Positions 22,623 to 34,787 are shown, counted from the first letter of the whole stretch. The stretch is DNA of 63,460 nt, filler included, from Cladosporium halotolerans (GCF_011745625.1; 11 parts of 11 records of this genome joined end to end with filler, not necessarily neighbours in it), one strand, 5' to 3'. Notes: generated by a model not told the origin, from the letters alone. Numbers and translations are program-made.

Positions 22623-24148
22623 ACGACCGGACCCCGCATCAGCGACACAGTAGCCTGGGTTGTGGAAGGGTGCTGCACCACCCATCTTGACTTCAAGCCA
22701 ATGTGGAGTTCGAACAAGCGATGATTAGCCACCCACTCACTTGGCAACATCAAGTAACCGTCATCTAGTATGGCTGATTGACACGGCGGTTGAAGCTGCC
22801 ATAAATCAGCGTCGGGCATGGATAGACAGGGAAGGCTGACGCACGGTAAATTCAGCGGACCACTGTGGGATGCAAAGCCGTAAAGTCACATTTGCTTTGG
22901 TATGGCCAACTTTGAAGGCGATAAGTTCTCCCCACGGCCATGAGGTTTCCTGATGGATCTCTACGACCTCGCTCCCCAGCTGAAAACTCAGTTTGGATGG
23001 CAAGAAGAGGTTGACGCTGATGTCTGCTGCGATCGAAGCTTCATCAACGTCATAAGACCATGCAAACCCGCCGATCTGCTGAAAGTAGGCGAAGGTTATT
23101 AGGCGGACAGCAAGCTACCGTGAACCAATCCTCCCTTTTGGACAGATTTGCTCCACTCGAGGCCAACTGGTTGACGTAAGTGAAGGCTTTGCCATCGTGG
23201 GACATTGCAGTCAACACCGAATTGTAGACACACACATCCATGATATCCGTGAATCTTGCATTCTTCTCAATCTGTCTCTGTCAGCAAAGTCGTCTTCGAG
23301 GCCCCACAGCGCGAACAAACCCGCAACATGCGATCGGCGAGCATCATGACCCCGATGCTCGCGCGCGTCTCTGCATAACAAGCGCCCTCATCCGAGCCTT
23401 GGGGTAAGAAGTAGTCGATGCCGAAACCCTCTCACTGCTGCATAGCGCCGATGCCGCCAGTAACGTACATCTTCCGCTGGGTCATACTGTCCCATAGTCG
23501 AAATACCGCTTGCTTCAGATCCTCAGTCGTGGCAGCCTTATCTATGCGAACCAGATCGGCGGTAGCAGTGAGCAGGTACATCGCTCGCACAGAGTGGCCT
23601 TCGATGCTCATCTGTTCTTTGATCGGTTGATGAGCTTGATGGTACCTAGCGCCATGATCAGTATCAAAGTTCTTCTCCTCAGCCAGTTCAACGGTCTTCA
23701 GACATACCAGAGTGATCTTGGGTGAGGATAAAAAGCTGGCAACTTGCGTAGATCATCACCACGCTTCTCCGACTCAACATCGTAGTAGTCCCTTCCATCG
23801 ACCCCGTCGGATTTGCCACGCTCCGTGATAAAGTATCGCGCGAGATCCAAGTGTTGCAGATCCTTTCTACGGTCGAACAGACGTAACAGAGCCAGCTCGA
23901 TCTCCGGATGTCCCGGGTAGCCATGGATCTGCTGCTGGCGGGGCCCGAAAGTGGAGCAAAGGAGTTCAACATGTCGAAGCACGGGGCCCAAAAGAACGTC
24001 GTTCTCGTATGCCTGGTTGTGGGCAAGTGCAGCTTCAATCAAGTGGCCAGCATTGTAGAGCTCATACATGTCGCGCAGGTTGCTGAAGCGCTTGCCGGGC
24101 TGCACTACCGTGTAGTGGATATTGATGTAGCCATCCGGTTGCTGTGCT
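22560..24148 (-). pseudogene. GH127 (beta-L-arabinofuranosidase/DUF1680) pseudogene
   Basis: QQPDGYINIHY, ELYNAGHLIEAA, GHPEIELAL, IEGHSVRAMYL, WFTVACCPPN, RGPVVYCVE across several frames with frameshifts. 5' side interrupted by a TIR at 24149. Confidence 0.88.
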
Positions 24149-24244
24149 CAGAGGTGTGCATAATCAATCAATTCAAGTTTCAGGGCCCTGACTTGATTGA
24201 TTGCCAAGGATTTTTCAGATTGATTGATTGCTTACTTCACATCG
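24149..24244 (+). mobile_element. Terminus of a TIR DNA transposon (hAT-like, CAGAGGTGTGCATAATCAATC...)
   Basis: Matches 35694-35792 and the reverse complement of 24345-24442. Internal AATCAATC/GATTGATT subterminal repeats. Confidence 0.85.
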
Positions 24245-24344
24245 NNNNNNNNNNNNNNNNNNNNNNNNNNNNNNNNNNNNNNNNNNNNTTAATTAATTAA
24301 NNNNNNNNNNNNNNNNNNNNNNNNNNNNNNNNNNNNNNNNNNNN

Positions 24345-24442
24345 GTCGATGTGAAGTAAGCAATCAATCAATCTGAAAAATCCTTGGCAATCAATCAAGT
24401 CAGGGCCCTGAAACTTGAATTGATTGATTATGCACACCTCTG
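24345..24442 (-). mobile_element. Same TIR terminus, second insertion
   Basis: Reverse complement of 24149-24244 with a different flank. Confidence 0.85.
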
Positions 24443-25844
24443 ATTGTTGTCTACTTAAGAGCATGCTGGTGTACTAGGTATTCCTTCTGTAGAGCTGTCA
24501 ACTTGCCAGGCAGAGCGATACTCCTAGAAGCCCCTGCGGAGGGCTCTGCAATTGCAGCCCGGCGGGCAAACCTTTTTTAAAGAAGCTCCAACATCGTCTT
24601 ATATGTGCTTTTGGTGGCCGTTGCGACGGCAAGGCTGAAGCCAGACGATACGAGCTCGGTATAAGGCAATGTCTAAAGCTAGTAGACTTTTTCGTGGCTC
24701 TGGCGTACGTTGGAGAATGATGTTCGTGTAAGAGGAGGCATGTAGTACGTCAGCAGAACTTGACGGCATACAAAGTAGGGCTTCTTGCTAACGCCAATGT
24801 ATCAATGCGCCTCTGCTGTTCAGGCTTGCTTGCCAGGAGGGCAAGTAATTGCATCTCCGGAAGATGTGCAGGTACCGTGATCCCGTATACCTGTGCACAC
24901 ATTTGTCTTGCAGGAGACTCGCGGGTAAATGGAGCTCTCTTGCAACTTTTCCGAGGCGTCTCCGGAATATTCTTGCCTCGATATCTGTGGTTTGACGAAA
25001 TTCGAGAGATCTCAGCTCTATAGTGGAGACTACGTCGAGCGTGCATGCCACAGATTTGAAACACAGGTACGTTGCCCGCAATCTACCAAGCGTTGTAATG
25101 TGTCCTAAAGCCTTTCAAGCTTCAATGAATCAAGTTTGTCCCAGACGCAGCGCAGCTCGAAAGCCTTATCGAAATTATAGCTGAGATAACTACTGTACAG
25201 TCGAGTCATACGTGGCCCTTCCGCAGAGACACTGTAAATGATCAATCAGAGGGCCATGAACGCTTACCTCGGCTTCCAGTGCTGCGACTACGCCGCTCGA
25301 TTGATTGATCTGAGTAATATGGTAGTACAGACGCCCCCGGGGATATCCCAAAAGGCCGCTGTCTCCGATCCAAAGGCGACCTGTCTGCGTTAGTGGCGGT
25401 TGTTGAGCTTGAGAAACAGCGCGTAGCCACACTTGGAGTCTTGACAAAGTCTTTTGATCTGAATCATCTCGACCCCCGTTTTTGGCTATAGGAACATGAA
25501 ACTTGGAACTTGGATCAATTCCAATTATATCACATACACCACTTTTTTTATGCATGACAGACACTGTGGCACAGATAATGCCTAGAAAGAGGCTGAAGCG
25601 CCAGGAATCAGAAACAAATCGTACCTAAATCAATACTTCCTGAGAGCTCAAAACACTTAAGAGCCAACTTCAACTTTGAAAAGCTAAAACTTGGACCGAT
25701 GAAAGTTCACTGTGACTTCTTGATCAAAGCATCTATCCTTTGTTTCGTGCGGTCGAACCAACCGTGTAGTTTGGTAGCGCCGGTGCTCCCGCTGACAGCC
25801 TTGAGCCCAGCTTCACTGGCGAGCTATACGCTGTCAGTTAAATC

Positions 25845-27663
25845 TTCGGTTTGAAACAGGAGGCGAAAAAATGGCTCGGCTTCTGGCTGGATTCGAAGCT
25901 GTCGTTCAAGACGCACTTCGAAAACAGGATGGCAAGCGCCGAAGGAGCACTACAGCGGGTATCCAGTCTCAGTAGAAGCAATGGCGGCTTGTCCATCAAT
26001 CTGATGCGGGAAGTGGTCGTGGCCGCAGTCACCTCCGTGGCATTGTACGGGTCGGAGATCTGGTGGAGAGGTCAGAAAGACCGATTGGAAAAAGCGCAGC
26101 TGTTGCTGAACAGACAGGCGAGGACCAGAACAGGGCTGTTGAGATCAACCCCTCGAAACTCCCTTCGGGCGGCATCGTGCCTACCCACCGCCCAAGGTCT
26201 GCTTGACCACCGTCAGACCAGGTTTGCAATACGGGCGCTCAACGCGAACGGAGACCACCCAACGCACCAGCTCCTGCCCGCCAACTTCCGTTTCGGCGAG
26301 CTTCACCGACACGAAGGAGCGACTGGTCAACTGTCAAGCATCGGATGGATAAGACCGGAAAAGACGCACCGATCGTTCGGAAGCAGACTTGCACAGCAGA
26401 TAGTGAGGCACGTCAGCTACGACACCGAGTATGGGTTCGAGCTGCCTCGCAAGGTGGACTGGCCTGCAGCAAGCCCAGTGATCCGGACTCAAAGCTACTC
26501 AGAGACGCCGCAAAGAATGCAGCCCGACAATCCGCAACAACTAACACCGTTCGTGAGCACAGCCAAGGATGTAAGCTTTGGCCTAGGGGTCGCATGGAAA
26601 GAACAGTATGCATGGACGACCAAAATGTCATCGCTGGGCAAATACGCCACGACAGTCGATGCTGCGTTCTTCGCCGTGGGCATGGGTGTGAAGAATCTCA
26701 TCTCGATACTGTCAAAGACAGATCACTGCCGCGCCGAGATGGCTACGGAGTCGCGGGCTGCACTGACCGCCATCCAGAGCAGCAAGCAATGGATCCTACC
26801 GATAATCACCGGTATCAAAAGACACGCACACGGCGTCGAGACGCAGGAGGCCGATATGGTCTTGACATGGCTTGCGGATGGCGGAGACTTAGAGGGCTAC
26901 AAGACAGCGAAAGCTGCGACACAAAGAGCAGCCAAGCAACAGCCAAAAGAAATGCGATCAGCCTCCCTGTCGTTCGTCAAACAAGCGGTCAAGGAGAGGT
27001 GGAAGACAAGAGCTAAGATCAACAAACATCTCGAAGACGCGAAGAAATCTGTTGCAGCTCGCTACTTGCAGCTCAAGTCTGGCCATGCGGTTACAGGTGC
27101 CCACCTGCTGAGGATCGGTAAGGCCCAGGATGCACAATGCTGGTGGCGTGGCGGGAACAGGCTAACCGTCGCTCACCTCTTGCTGGAGTGCCGAAAATGG
27201 CGAAGGCAGCGGGACTCTATGCTACGGAAGCTGCGAGCGAGAAAGATCGAGATCAGCGGAAGGCGAGGTCGGGCAGACCTGAAGGCTCTGTTCGGAGATG
27301 AACCCATTGCAGAAGTCCTTCAATTTATTGACAATACTGAAGTGGGCAAGAAGTTAGCTCAGGAAGCAAACAAGGATGATTCGTGGGACATCGAACGGCT
27401 GGATTGCAGGATGGAGGATGGGGAGGAGATGTTGGAGGACTTGAGCGGGTAAAGTGAGAGGAGGAGCGCGAAGACGACAGGAACGTAGGAGGGCGCAAAG
27501 CCCAAAAGCTGTGGCGGCTTGATAAAGTTGGGACGGCGAGCATGAGTGTACTGTTGATTCACAAAGAGAAAGCACATGTAGAAGCCACAGAGACCGTCGT
27601 GGATAGCCGACGTGCCATAAGCTATATAGCTTGAATGCAGTATGATTCAAAAAAAAGGAAAAA
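25845..27663 (+). mobile_element. 5'-truncated Tad1-clade LINE (RT C-terminus, RNase H-like domain, knuckle, 3' UTR, A-rich tail)
   Basis: KWLGFWLDSKLSF, ALYGSEIWW, YLQLKSGHA, TVAHLLLEC. Ends AGCTTGAATGCAGTATGATTCAAAAAAAAGGAAAAA. Confidence 0.93.
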
Positions 27664-27889
27664 AGTGCGTTGTTGTTGAGCTGCGAAAGTGTGCACGAGT
27701 CAGGTATGTGCACGAGCCAGGGTAGACGTCTAGGACGAGATCAAAGCGTATGCCCACAGCAGTACGCATGCACCCACAACCCAGCTGGACTGCGCTCACT
27801 AGCCATTGCAACGACTTGTACCTCGTTGTCATCGCCGCGATAGACTTTACACTAACCACGCTTCAAGGACGTTCGTGCGGAGTGGAGTA

Positions 27890-30031
27890 GAAGCTTTCCC
27901 CACTGCGTGCACAGACACACTGCGTGCACAGCGCTTCAACAGCGTAAACGTGGTCTTGAAACACGTACGACTTACAACACAACACTCTGACCTGGCCGAA
28001 ACTTGATTCACGTTGTAGCCCGAGGCTAACAGTAATGTATGATTTCGAGATTAAACATCAAATCGCGCCGGTCGTCTCGAGCTTCGACCGCTTCTTGTAA
28101 CTCGCTGTTTCACCGGCGCCTCGACTGCAACTTCGATTCGGGTCCCTTCAGACCTCTGAGCGTCTGATTGCTTCTTCGGCCGTCCTCTTGACTTCCCGCT
28201 CAAGCATCTCAATTTGGTTTCACGCTGCCGTCTGGCGCCCTGGGCTTTTTTTATTCTTGTCTTTGCAGCCCTCTTTTCTTCAGCCGCCTTCTTCCGAGCC
28301 GCGGATGCCCTCGCTCTTTCTGCGCGCTTCTCCCGAACTTCATCTTCCTTCCGAGCTTTCTCTTGGGCTCTTTCATGAGCTCTGAGCTCTCTTTCTCGCG
28401 ATAGCTGCTCTTTCTCGCGTGCCCTGCCCTCCTGGATGTCTCGAGCCTTCTGGACTCGAGTCGGGCTCAAGATGAGCGCGCCTGAGCCTTCGGAGGCTCT
28501 CAGCTCTTCGACAACCTTCTTCTGTCTTTTCCTCCGCTTCTTTTCATGCCTGGGGGCGGCATCAAGCTGCTTGGTACGCAGTTCAGAGAGCGTCAGTCTA
28601 GCAGAAAGACCGAGGACGGTGTCGCCGAGCTTTCGAAGCGTTTTCTGCGTTTTCTTGTCGCTTCTGGCCGCAGTAGCGTTCAGAACAGTCCTGAGCCTCT
28701 TCGGCTTCGATGGTGAGCTGAAGACACTCCCCGCACTATCGCTAGATGGCCTCTCGGCTCGTTGAGACGGTCGCGATTCGTCTTCTGCTTTAGAAAACAC
28801 GTCGAGCACCTTCGACGGATTGAAGGGCATGAGGCCCGTCTTCGACCACGCAGAGAAGATGTTCTTCTTCGTGAAAGCGTTCTCGAAGGCTGGCCAAAAG
28901 AGCGAAAAGAAATCTCGCTTGCTGATCGATGTGCGCCCTTCCGACTGTCTAACGAGGTCGTCGAGCGCTTGGCTGTAACAATGAGCCAAGGGTGCAAACA
29001 CGCTCACATCCAGAGGCTGCAACCTATGCGTTGAGTGAGGTGGAAATACGACAACCAAAATTCTGTGGTTCTCACACCAGTTCAGAAACTTCATGTTGAG
29101 ATGAGAGCCGTGACCGTCAACAATAAGGAGTCGCCAGGACCTCTTCGCTTTGGCAGCAGTCTCCTTCTCGAATAGTCCAGTCGACCAGCTGTAACCAAGC
29201 TCGTCGCTTGTCCATCCGTTCTGCGATGATGTAAAGTAGCAAGCTTGCTCGGAAGGCTCGAATTCATCGAGCCAAATGTCTTGCAAAACGCCGGAAACGG
29301 CTTTGTAAATCAGAGTTGGCGGTAATCTTGTGCCATCTGCGCATTTAGACGCGACAAGCGTGATCCACTCACGGCTCCCATCTTGGCCAGGCCCTACCAG
29401 CTTGCTGTGCTTCTGCGAGTCTTTCGCGAAGACCCTCTGGGTCTTTTGAAGCCTACCGAGGAGAAAGCCTTTCTCGTCCATGTTGTACATATTCTCGGGC
29501 AGTATGTTGTATCCATCTACTTTCTCGGCTAGACTTGCGAAGTATCGCTCATAACTAGCTCTTGAATCAGCTTTGTGACGTGACAGGTCGATGGCGTTGA
29601 GAAATCTGGCGTCAAGCTCGTCCTTGTGCCTGGCGACGAAACCAGACGACCAGTTCTTTGAAGGCCTCGTGCCACATAGTTCCGAGGCAATGTTCGCGAC
29701 AATCCTGGGAGTTGGTGGGAAGCATCGCTCGCAGAGCTCCTTGATATGCTTCACGAGCTCTTTCTCTTGTGCGTTATTCAGTAATCTTTTGGATTCGTGA
29801 TGTTGGGCCAAATCTGTGGTCATCAGGCGGAAGCGCCTGCTAAGCGTTGATCTGTTCACACCATGGGTTCTTGCTACCATAGATATATTTGGCGATTCGC
29901 AAGAACTCAGCTCCGCAAGCGCCGCGTCCATGCCAGCAAATTTCGTGGAGATATCGCGTGCTAAAGAGAGCGTGTCATGACCGCGTCGCGCGTGCACTCA
30001 GTGTGTCTGTGCACGCAGTGGGGAAAGCTTC
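27890..30031 (-). mobile_element. Complete Pogo/Fot1 (Tc1-mariner) transposon, 2142 bp
   Basis: ~40-bp TIRs GAAGCTTTCCCCACTGCGTGCACAGACACACTG(C/A)GTGCAC, flanked by TA at 27888-27889 and 30032-30033. Confidence 0.96.
28051..29931 (-). CDS. Pogo/Fot1 DDD transposase, intact ORF (likely start MDAALAEL)
   Basis: HTH VARTHGVNRSTLSRR, CENP-B-like region, YNMDEKGF, LIVDGHGSH, HRLQPLDVSVF. Confidence 0.94.
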   Translation of the reverse strand: MDAALAELSSCESPNISMVARTHGVNRSTLSRRFRLMTTDLAQHHESKRLLNNAQEKELVKHIKELCERCFPPTPRIVANIASELCGTRPSKNWSSGFVARHKDELDARFLNAIDLSRHKADSRASYERYFASLAEKVDGYNILPENMYNMDEKGFLLGRLQKTQRVFAKDSQKHSKLVGPGQDGSREWITLVASKCADGTRLPPTLIYKAVSGVLQDIWLDEFEPSEQACYFTSSQNGWTSDELGYSWSTGLFEKETAAKAKRSWRLLIVDGHGSHLNMKFLNWCENHRILVVVFPPHSTHRLQPLDVSVFAPLAHCYSQALDDLVRQSEGRTSISKRDFFSLFWPAFENAFTKKNIFSAWSKTGLMPFNPSKVLDVFSKAEDESRPSQRAERPSSDSAGSVFSSPSKPKRLRTVLNATAARSDKKTQKTLRKLGDTVLGLSARLTLSELRTKQLDAAPRHEKKRRKRQKKVVEELRASEGSGALILSPTRVQKARDIQEGRAREKEQLSRERELRAHERAQEKARKEDEVREKRAERARASAARKKAAEEKRAAKTRIKKAQGARRQRETKLRCLSGKSRGRPKKQSDAQRSEGTRIEVAVEAPVKQRVTRSGRSSRRPARFDV

Positions 30032-30230
30032 TAGTGTCAGCGAACTGCCCCAGAGTCTCTGCCGATCGTGCGATCGGAACACGAGCAGCCTGCGCAGTCG
30101 AGGCAAGAGTCCGCCCTCCTCTATGAAGGCNNNNNNNNNNNNNNNNNNNNNNNNNNNNNNNNNNNNNNNNNNNNTTAATTAATTAANNNNNNNNNNNNNN
30201 NNNNNNNNNNNNNNNNNNNNNNNNNNNNNN

Positions 30231-30325
30231 TGATTGCTGATTGATTTCTGATTGAGCGCCCACCTGACTGATTTGATTCCTGATTGAGCTTCACCTGATT
30301 CTGAATATTCAAGATTCAAGATCTA
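30231..30325. mobile_element. Terminus of a third TIR family (TAGATCTTGAATCTTGA), inserted in a LINE
   Basis: Ends TCAAGATTCAAGATCTA, same as 52660-52676. CTGATT subterminal repeats. Confidence 0.75.
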
Positions 30326-33300
30326 TGCCGGTACCCTCCGCTCTCGCAACCGATCCGCTAGCACCGAGGAGTGCACGCCGTTGAACGCGCCTTGCAAGTC
30401 AGACGATACCAGGGACAGGACTCTGTAGGCTCGCCACGCTTCGTGTATCTTCTCCACCAGGAGATTGAGCGCCTGTTCCGCCGACCTGTTTGGCCGCCCG
30501 CCAAAGTGGTTTTCCGGCAGCAGTCTGTAGGTCTCGGCCAGGTAAGACAGTCTTCTTGCAACTACCGCCTTGAGTCCTTTGCTGATCGTTTCCAGCAGCG
30601 ATATGGGCCGGTACGCCTTCGGCTTCGAGTAGTCGGGCTTGTTCGGCTTGCGGAGCACGACGATCTTGGCCGTACGCCAACGTTGTGGCACGTATTTCAG
30701 GTCGAGTGAGGCTTGGTACAGCTTCGGGACCCAACTTCCCAACACCGGCCAGAGCTATTTCCACACACGGAATGTGATCTCATCCAGACCAGGGGCCTTG
30801 TCGGACTTGGACTGCATGATCGCAGCCTCGACTTCCCCAAGTGTCAACTTTGGAAGCTTGATCCGTAACGGAATTTTTTTGCCGGCATGCTCGCACGGTC
30901 TGCTGCCACTTCTTGTGACCAGCCTTGGTTTTATCGAAGCGCTGTCACGGCTCACTGGTTGCGGCGGCACGGGAAAGGAAGAGTTGAGGAGGAGGCTGCC
31001 CTGTCATCCGTTACCTCTGTGGTCCCCATCTTCAACACGGGTATGCCGTGGCTTGCGCGGCTAGCCTTCGTGTATATGTAGGCTTTCCAGATGTTCTCGC
31101 GTTTGTCCAAGATCTCCGTCCAGTGCTCTCTTTTGCATTGCTCGATCTTCTCCATGTATAGGCGTCGGACCAGTTTGACCCTAGCAGCGGCTTCTGCGAC
31201 ATCCTCACCCCTTCGTCTGACCGTGGTCAGTCGGTCCCGTGCTGCGCTCAACGAAAACCGCAGCGTCTTCAGCTTGTCTGTCCACCACCGCTTAGCATAA
31301 GGCGACGGTCGAGCCCGTGCGACATGCTCTTCCAAGACCCCGTTGACCGCCGCCTCCAACCTGTCCACGACCACGTCCAGCTCATCCTTAAAAGATGGTG
31401 CACGTAGATTAAAGTCGCCTACGATCCTTGTCGACACTTCCTCGCGTATCTTCTTCCAGTCTGCTTTGTCGTACATGCGCTTTCGTCGTTTCTCCTCATA
31501 CTCTGTCGTGTCCACCACAAAGTGAGCCCGAATGGCTTTGTGATCAGACCCGTAGTCAGTCGGGTGCCTTCCGCAGTACCCACACGCCTCGCTCAAACCA
31601 TTACTTGCCAAGAAGAGGTCTGTCGTGGAACAAGTAGACCCGTTGTAGTGCTCCCAGGTCACCGTGCTCGACGGAAGCAGTGAACTGACTGCGTTCTCCT
31701 GCATGAAGTCCATGATAGGCTCGGCCTCTTCAGTGTGACCAGCCTCTCCACGAGCCTGAGCACCGCCCCACAGTACGTGGTGGCGGTTGAAGTCAGCACA
31801 TAGCAGCAGGTTGACTCGAGTTCCCATTCCATTGCTTAGGTTGAGGGCTTTCACCCTATCGTATGCATCCTTGACAGTATGCAAATTGGCTCGGAGTTGT
31901 TCTTCGCTTGCCGCCCGGCCGCCAATGGACTTCACATCTCAGGCAGAAACTATGAGTGGGGCGCCGTGCTTCGTTGGGATCGTCGCCGCCACCACATCGC
32001 TGGAGGGTACAGCGATCTGTTGCGCAGCGTGTTTCTTGTTCACCCACACAGATGCCCGGTAAGCATACCGCGCCTCTCCTTCCTCTTTGTCACTCGGCTT
32101 GAATAACTGCCAGTTCCGCTCGAGTGGAAAAGCCGGCTCGCCAGTATCAATGTCTTCGTAGATGTACGGTTCAACCACCAAGAGAGCGTCAAAGTCTGCC
32201 AAACTCTCGTCGCAGAACAAACTCCAGTGCGCCGTCTTTCGCTTGCCAAGGTTCACGTGTAGCACTTTGAACTGCCCTAGCATGAGAAATTGCTAGATGT
32301 GTTCGACGTGCTCGCCCTGCTCGCGACCTGTGCCCCACCACTTACACTCGATGTGACAGTCGGGCTTCTTTGCGTGCTATCGTCCGCGTCAACGTCCATG
32401 GCGGCACTGCGTTGGTCCTGCCTCGGCCCAGCCTTTTGTTGTCCGACGTGGCGGTAGTGCTGCGGGTGTAGCTTGCACGCCCGGTCGAACACGGTGTGAG
32501 CATCGCCGCACGCCGGGCACTTCGGGCTGTCTTTGTTTGGACAGTCATCCCGACGGTGACCTTTCGAGCAGATAGCACATCTGATATAGCTGGTGCACGA
32601 TGCCTGCTTGTGTCCGTACCTGTTGCAGTGGTAGCAAGGACGACTGTTGTCCCTAACGATAAAAGGTGAGCAGAACGCATCGGTCGCGCCGAACATAGCT
32701 GCGCCTGTCCACAGCAGGTAGTCTGCGTCGACTCTATTCTTCAGCCAGACCACCATCGATCCTACCTTCTTCTTCGCGTCGACTTTGCTGAGCCAGGTGT
32801 CCTTCATCACCGTGCACTCCGCCGTCTCGCAGCTGTTGTCCGCCTTGAAGTCCTTCGCAAAGTCCTTGTTCAGCGTCTTACCGTCATTCACATCCTGGTC
32901 TAGCACACACTGCTTCACGACACTGTCGAACTTGGCCGGATACCACTGCTCACCTTTGACGCGCGCGCCAGCCAGGCTCGACGTCAGCCAGCGAGTGTGC
33001 TGCTTGGCCTTGTTGGCTTCGTCGTTGCCCGCAAACACTACGTCGATCCTGTCGCCTGGGCCAGGTCGGAGAGACTTGATTGTCAATCTTTCAGTGACCT
33101 TGTTGACCTTGAGTCCAGCGCGTAGGCCGTCCCTGATGGCATTGTAATTGTTCTTCGATCCCCTAAACCTGCCCATATCTATAGACACAGCTCTGTCGTC
33201 CTGCACCTGGGGCTTTTCCTTGCGCAATTGTGAGCTGGCTGCAGACGTGGACCTGGCCTGAGAACTCTGCAGACCCACAGACGTGCCACTGTTTGCAGTG

Positions 33301-33800
33301 ACCTCGCTATACGTCCTTTGGCTTGCATTGTCCTGTATCAGCGCCCGCAGGGCCTTGATCTCTTCGCGCTGCGTCTTGATCATCTCCGTCAGCTCTTTAT
33401 TGCGGTCCAGTATGACCTTGTTGCTCTTCATGAAAGCCTTTTGATTGTCAGCCATCTCCTTCTGAGTCCCCACCAGCTGTGCGATGGTCTTTGCCATCGC
33501 TGCAAGCTTGTCGTTGACGCTGTCCTCGGCCTTTCTCTTTCGCGCTGCAGTCGACGCGGCCTCAAAGCCGGGCGCAGCCTGCTGCGAGGCTCCGCCGTCT
33601 TCCACCACACTCGATCTGACCCTCATCCTCGTTCTCTTCGCTCCTCCCGCCCTCGCCTTCCCTCTCGTCACCATTTGCCACTCCGCACCCCCTCCGCCCT
33701 CTGACCCCGCATCAGCGGCGCGGCCGGCGGCGACAGCGGGCGTCGAGCTTTGAGCTCCAACACCTGCCTCGCGTCGACCATCACCTCCCACAACAGCAAC
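30326..33800 (-). mobile_element. Tad1-clade LINE (second family): ORF1 32277-33791 and frameshifted ORF2 (APE-RT)
   Basis: CYHCNRYGH, CAICSKGH, CPACGDAH; ADFNRHH, GSDH; KAPGLD, YRPISLL, HFGGRPNRS, DLQGAFN. Confidence 0.92.
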
Positions 33801-33849
33801 GCATTGTTTTGAGTGATTTCATTCATATCCTGAATAAGTATTGTGAGAT

Positions 33850-33893
33850 CTTGACCCACTCGCTTGCCTGACCCGCTCGCTTGCCAAGTACGT
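33850..33893 (-). mobile_element. Isolated Fot1/Tan1-type TIR
   Basis: Minus strand TA|ACGTACTTGGCAAGCGAGCGGGTCAGGCAAGCGAGTGGGTCAAG: ACGT start with an internal direct repeat. Confidence 0.65.
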
Positions 33894-34192
33894 TAATGTT
33901 AGAACGCCGAACCCTAACCCTATAGATCTGATCAAATCCCCAAGGTGAAGGCACCCTCGCTTACGTTTACCTCACAATTTCATCACCATGACAACTTCGT
34001 CTTCGACCGGATCTCGACATATGTATATCGTGTTGCTTGAATAAAGTCAGACATCCTGGAGGAACAAGAAGAGAGTCTTCTAGTAACTCCCTCCGTTATC
34101 CACAAGTCAACATCAGCATTTAGATCACACCAATGAAGTTAAGCGCCCTCAATCTCCCGTAAACTTATCAGGAGACCCTCCAAACCGTCAAG

Positions 34193-34787
34193 ATGTCCAA
34201 ATTCAACGGCGGCTGTAAGTATATCACGTCCGCTCAAATGTGCACTCACTAACATCCAAGAGGCACCTGCGGCCTTCTCCGCTACACCCTCAACCTCCCT
34301 GGATCCTCTGACGACGCTCGCACAACCCTCTGCCACTGTCACAGTTGCAAGCGCGCTTTCGGCGGCGCCTTTGGTTTAACTGCCAAAACGGCTAAAGACA
34401 ATTTGAAATACACGACGTCAACCACGCCAAAGATATTCGTGCAGAACAACGGCGTGCATAGGGAGTTTTGCGGGGAGTGCGGGGTTTTTATTTCCGAGTA
34501 TGGGGAGCAGGCTAAGAACGACTTCAGGTTTGTGGTTGATGCTTTTGTTTCCCTTACTTCTTACAGGGTATATTGCTGACCGGATTGGTGCTCCTGTAGG
34601 TACTTGTGTGTGGGTACTTTGGATGACGGGAGCAATGCGCTGCCGCCAAAGGGCGAGTTTTTCACTATTGAAAGGGATCAATGGATGCCGCAAGTGCCGG
34701 GTAACTGACGTCCTTTTCAGACTGTTGGAAAAAACTGGTATTGACTTCTCTGCAGATACCTTCCAGAAGAAGGAAATCAAAAACTAA
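34193..34787 (+). CDS. GFA/Mss4-like zinc-binding protein, 4 exons
   Basis: Spliced MSKFNGGCTCGLLRY...LCHCHSCKR...REFCGECG...VGTLDD...EFF...W. The first intron requires an unusual GAG acceptor. Confidence 0.85.

Noticed and set aside
24149..24442. Apparent long inverted repeat or MITE spanning the gap
   Set aside because: Two separate contigs ending in the same TE terminus; flanks GCTGTGCT and ATTGTTGT are not a TSD
18470..34787. Formaldehyde-detox cluster (Zn dehydrogenase plus GFA)
   Set aside because: The genes lie on different contigs; proximity comes from size sorting
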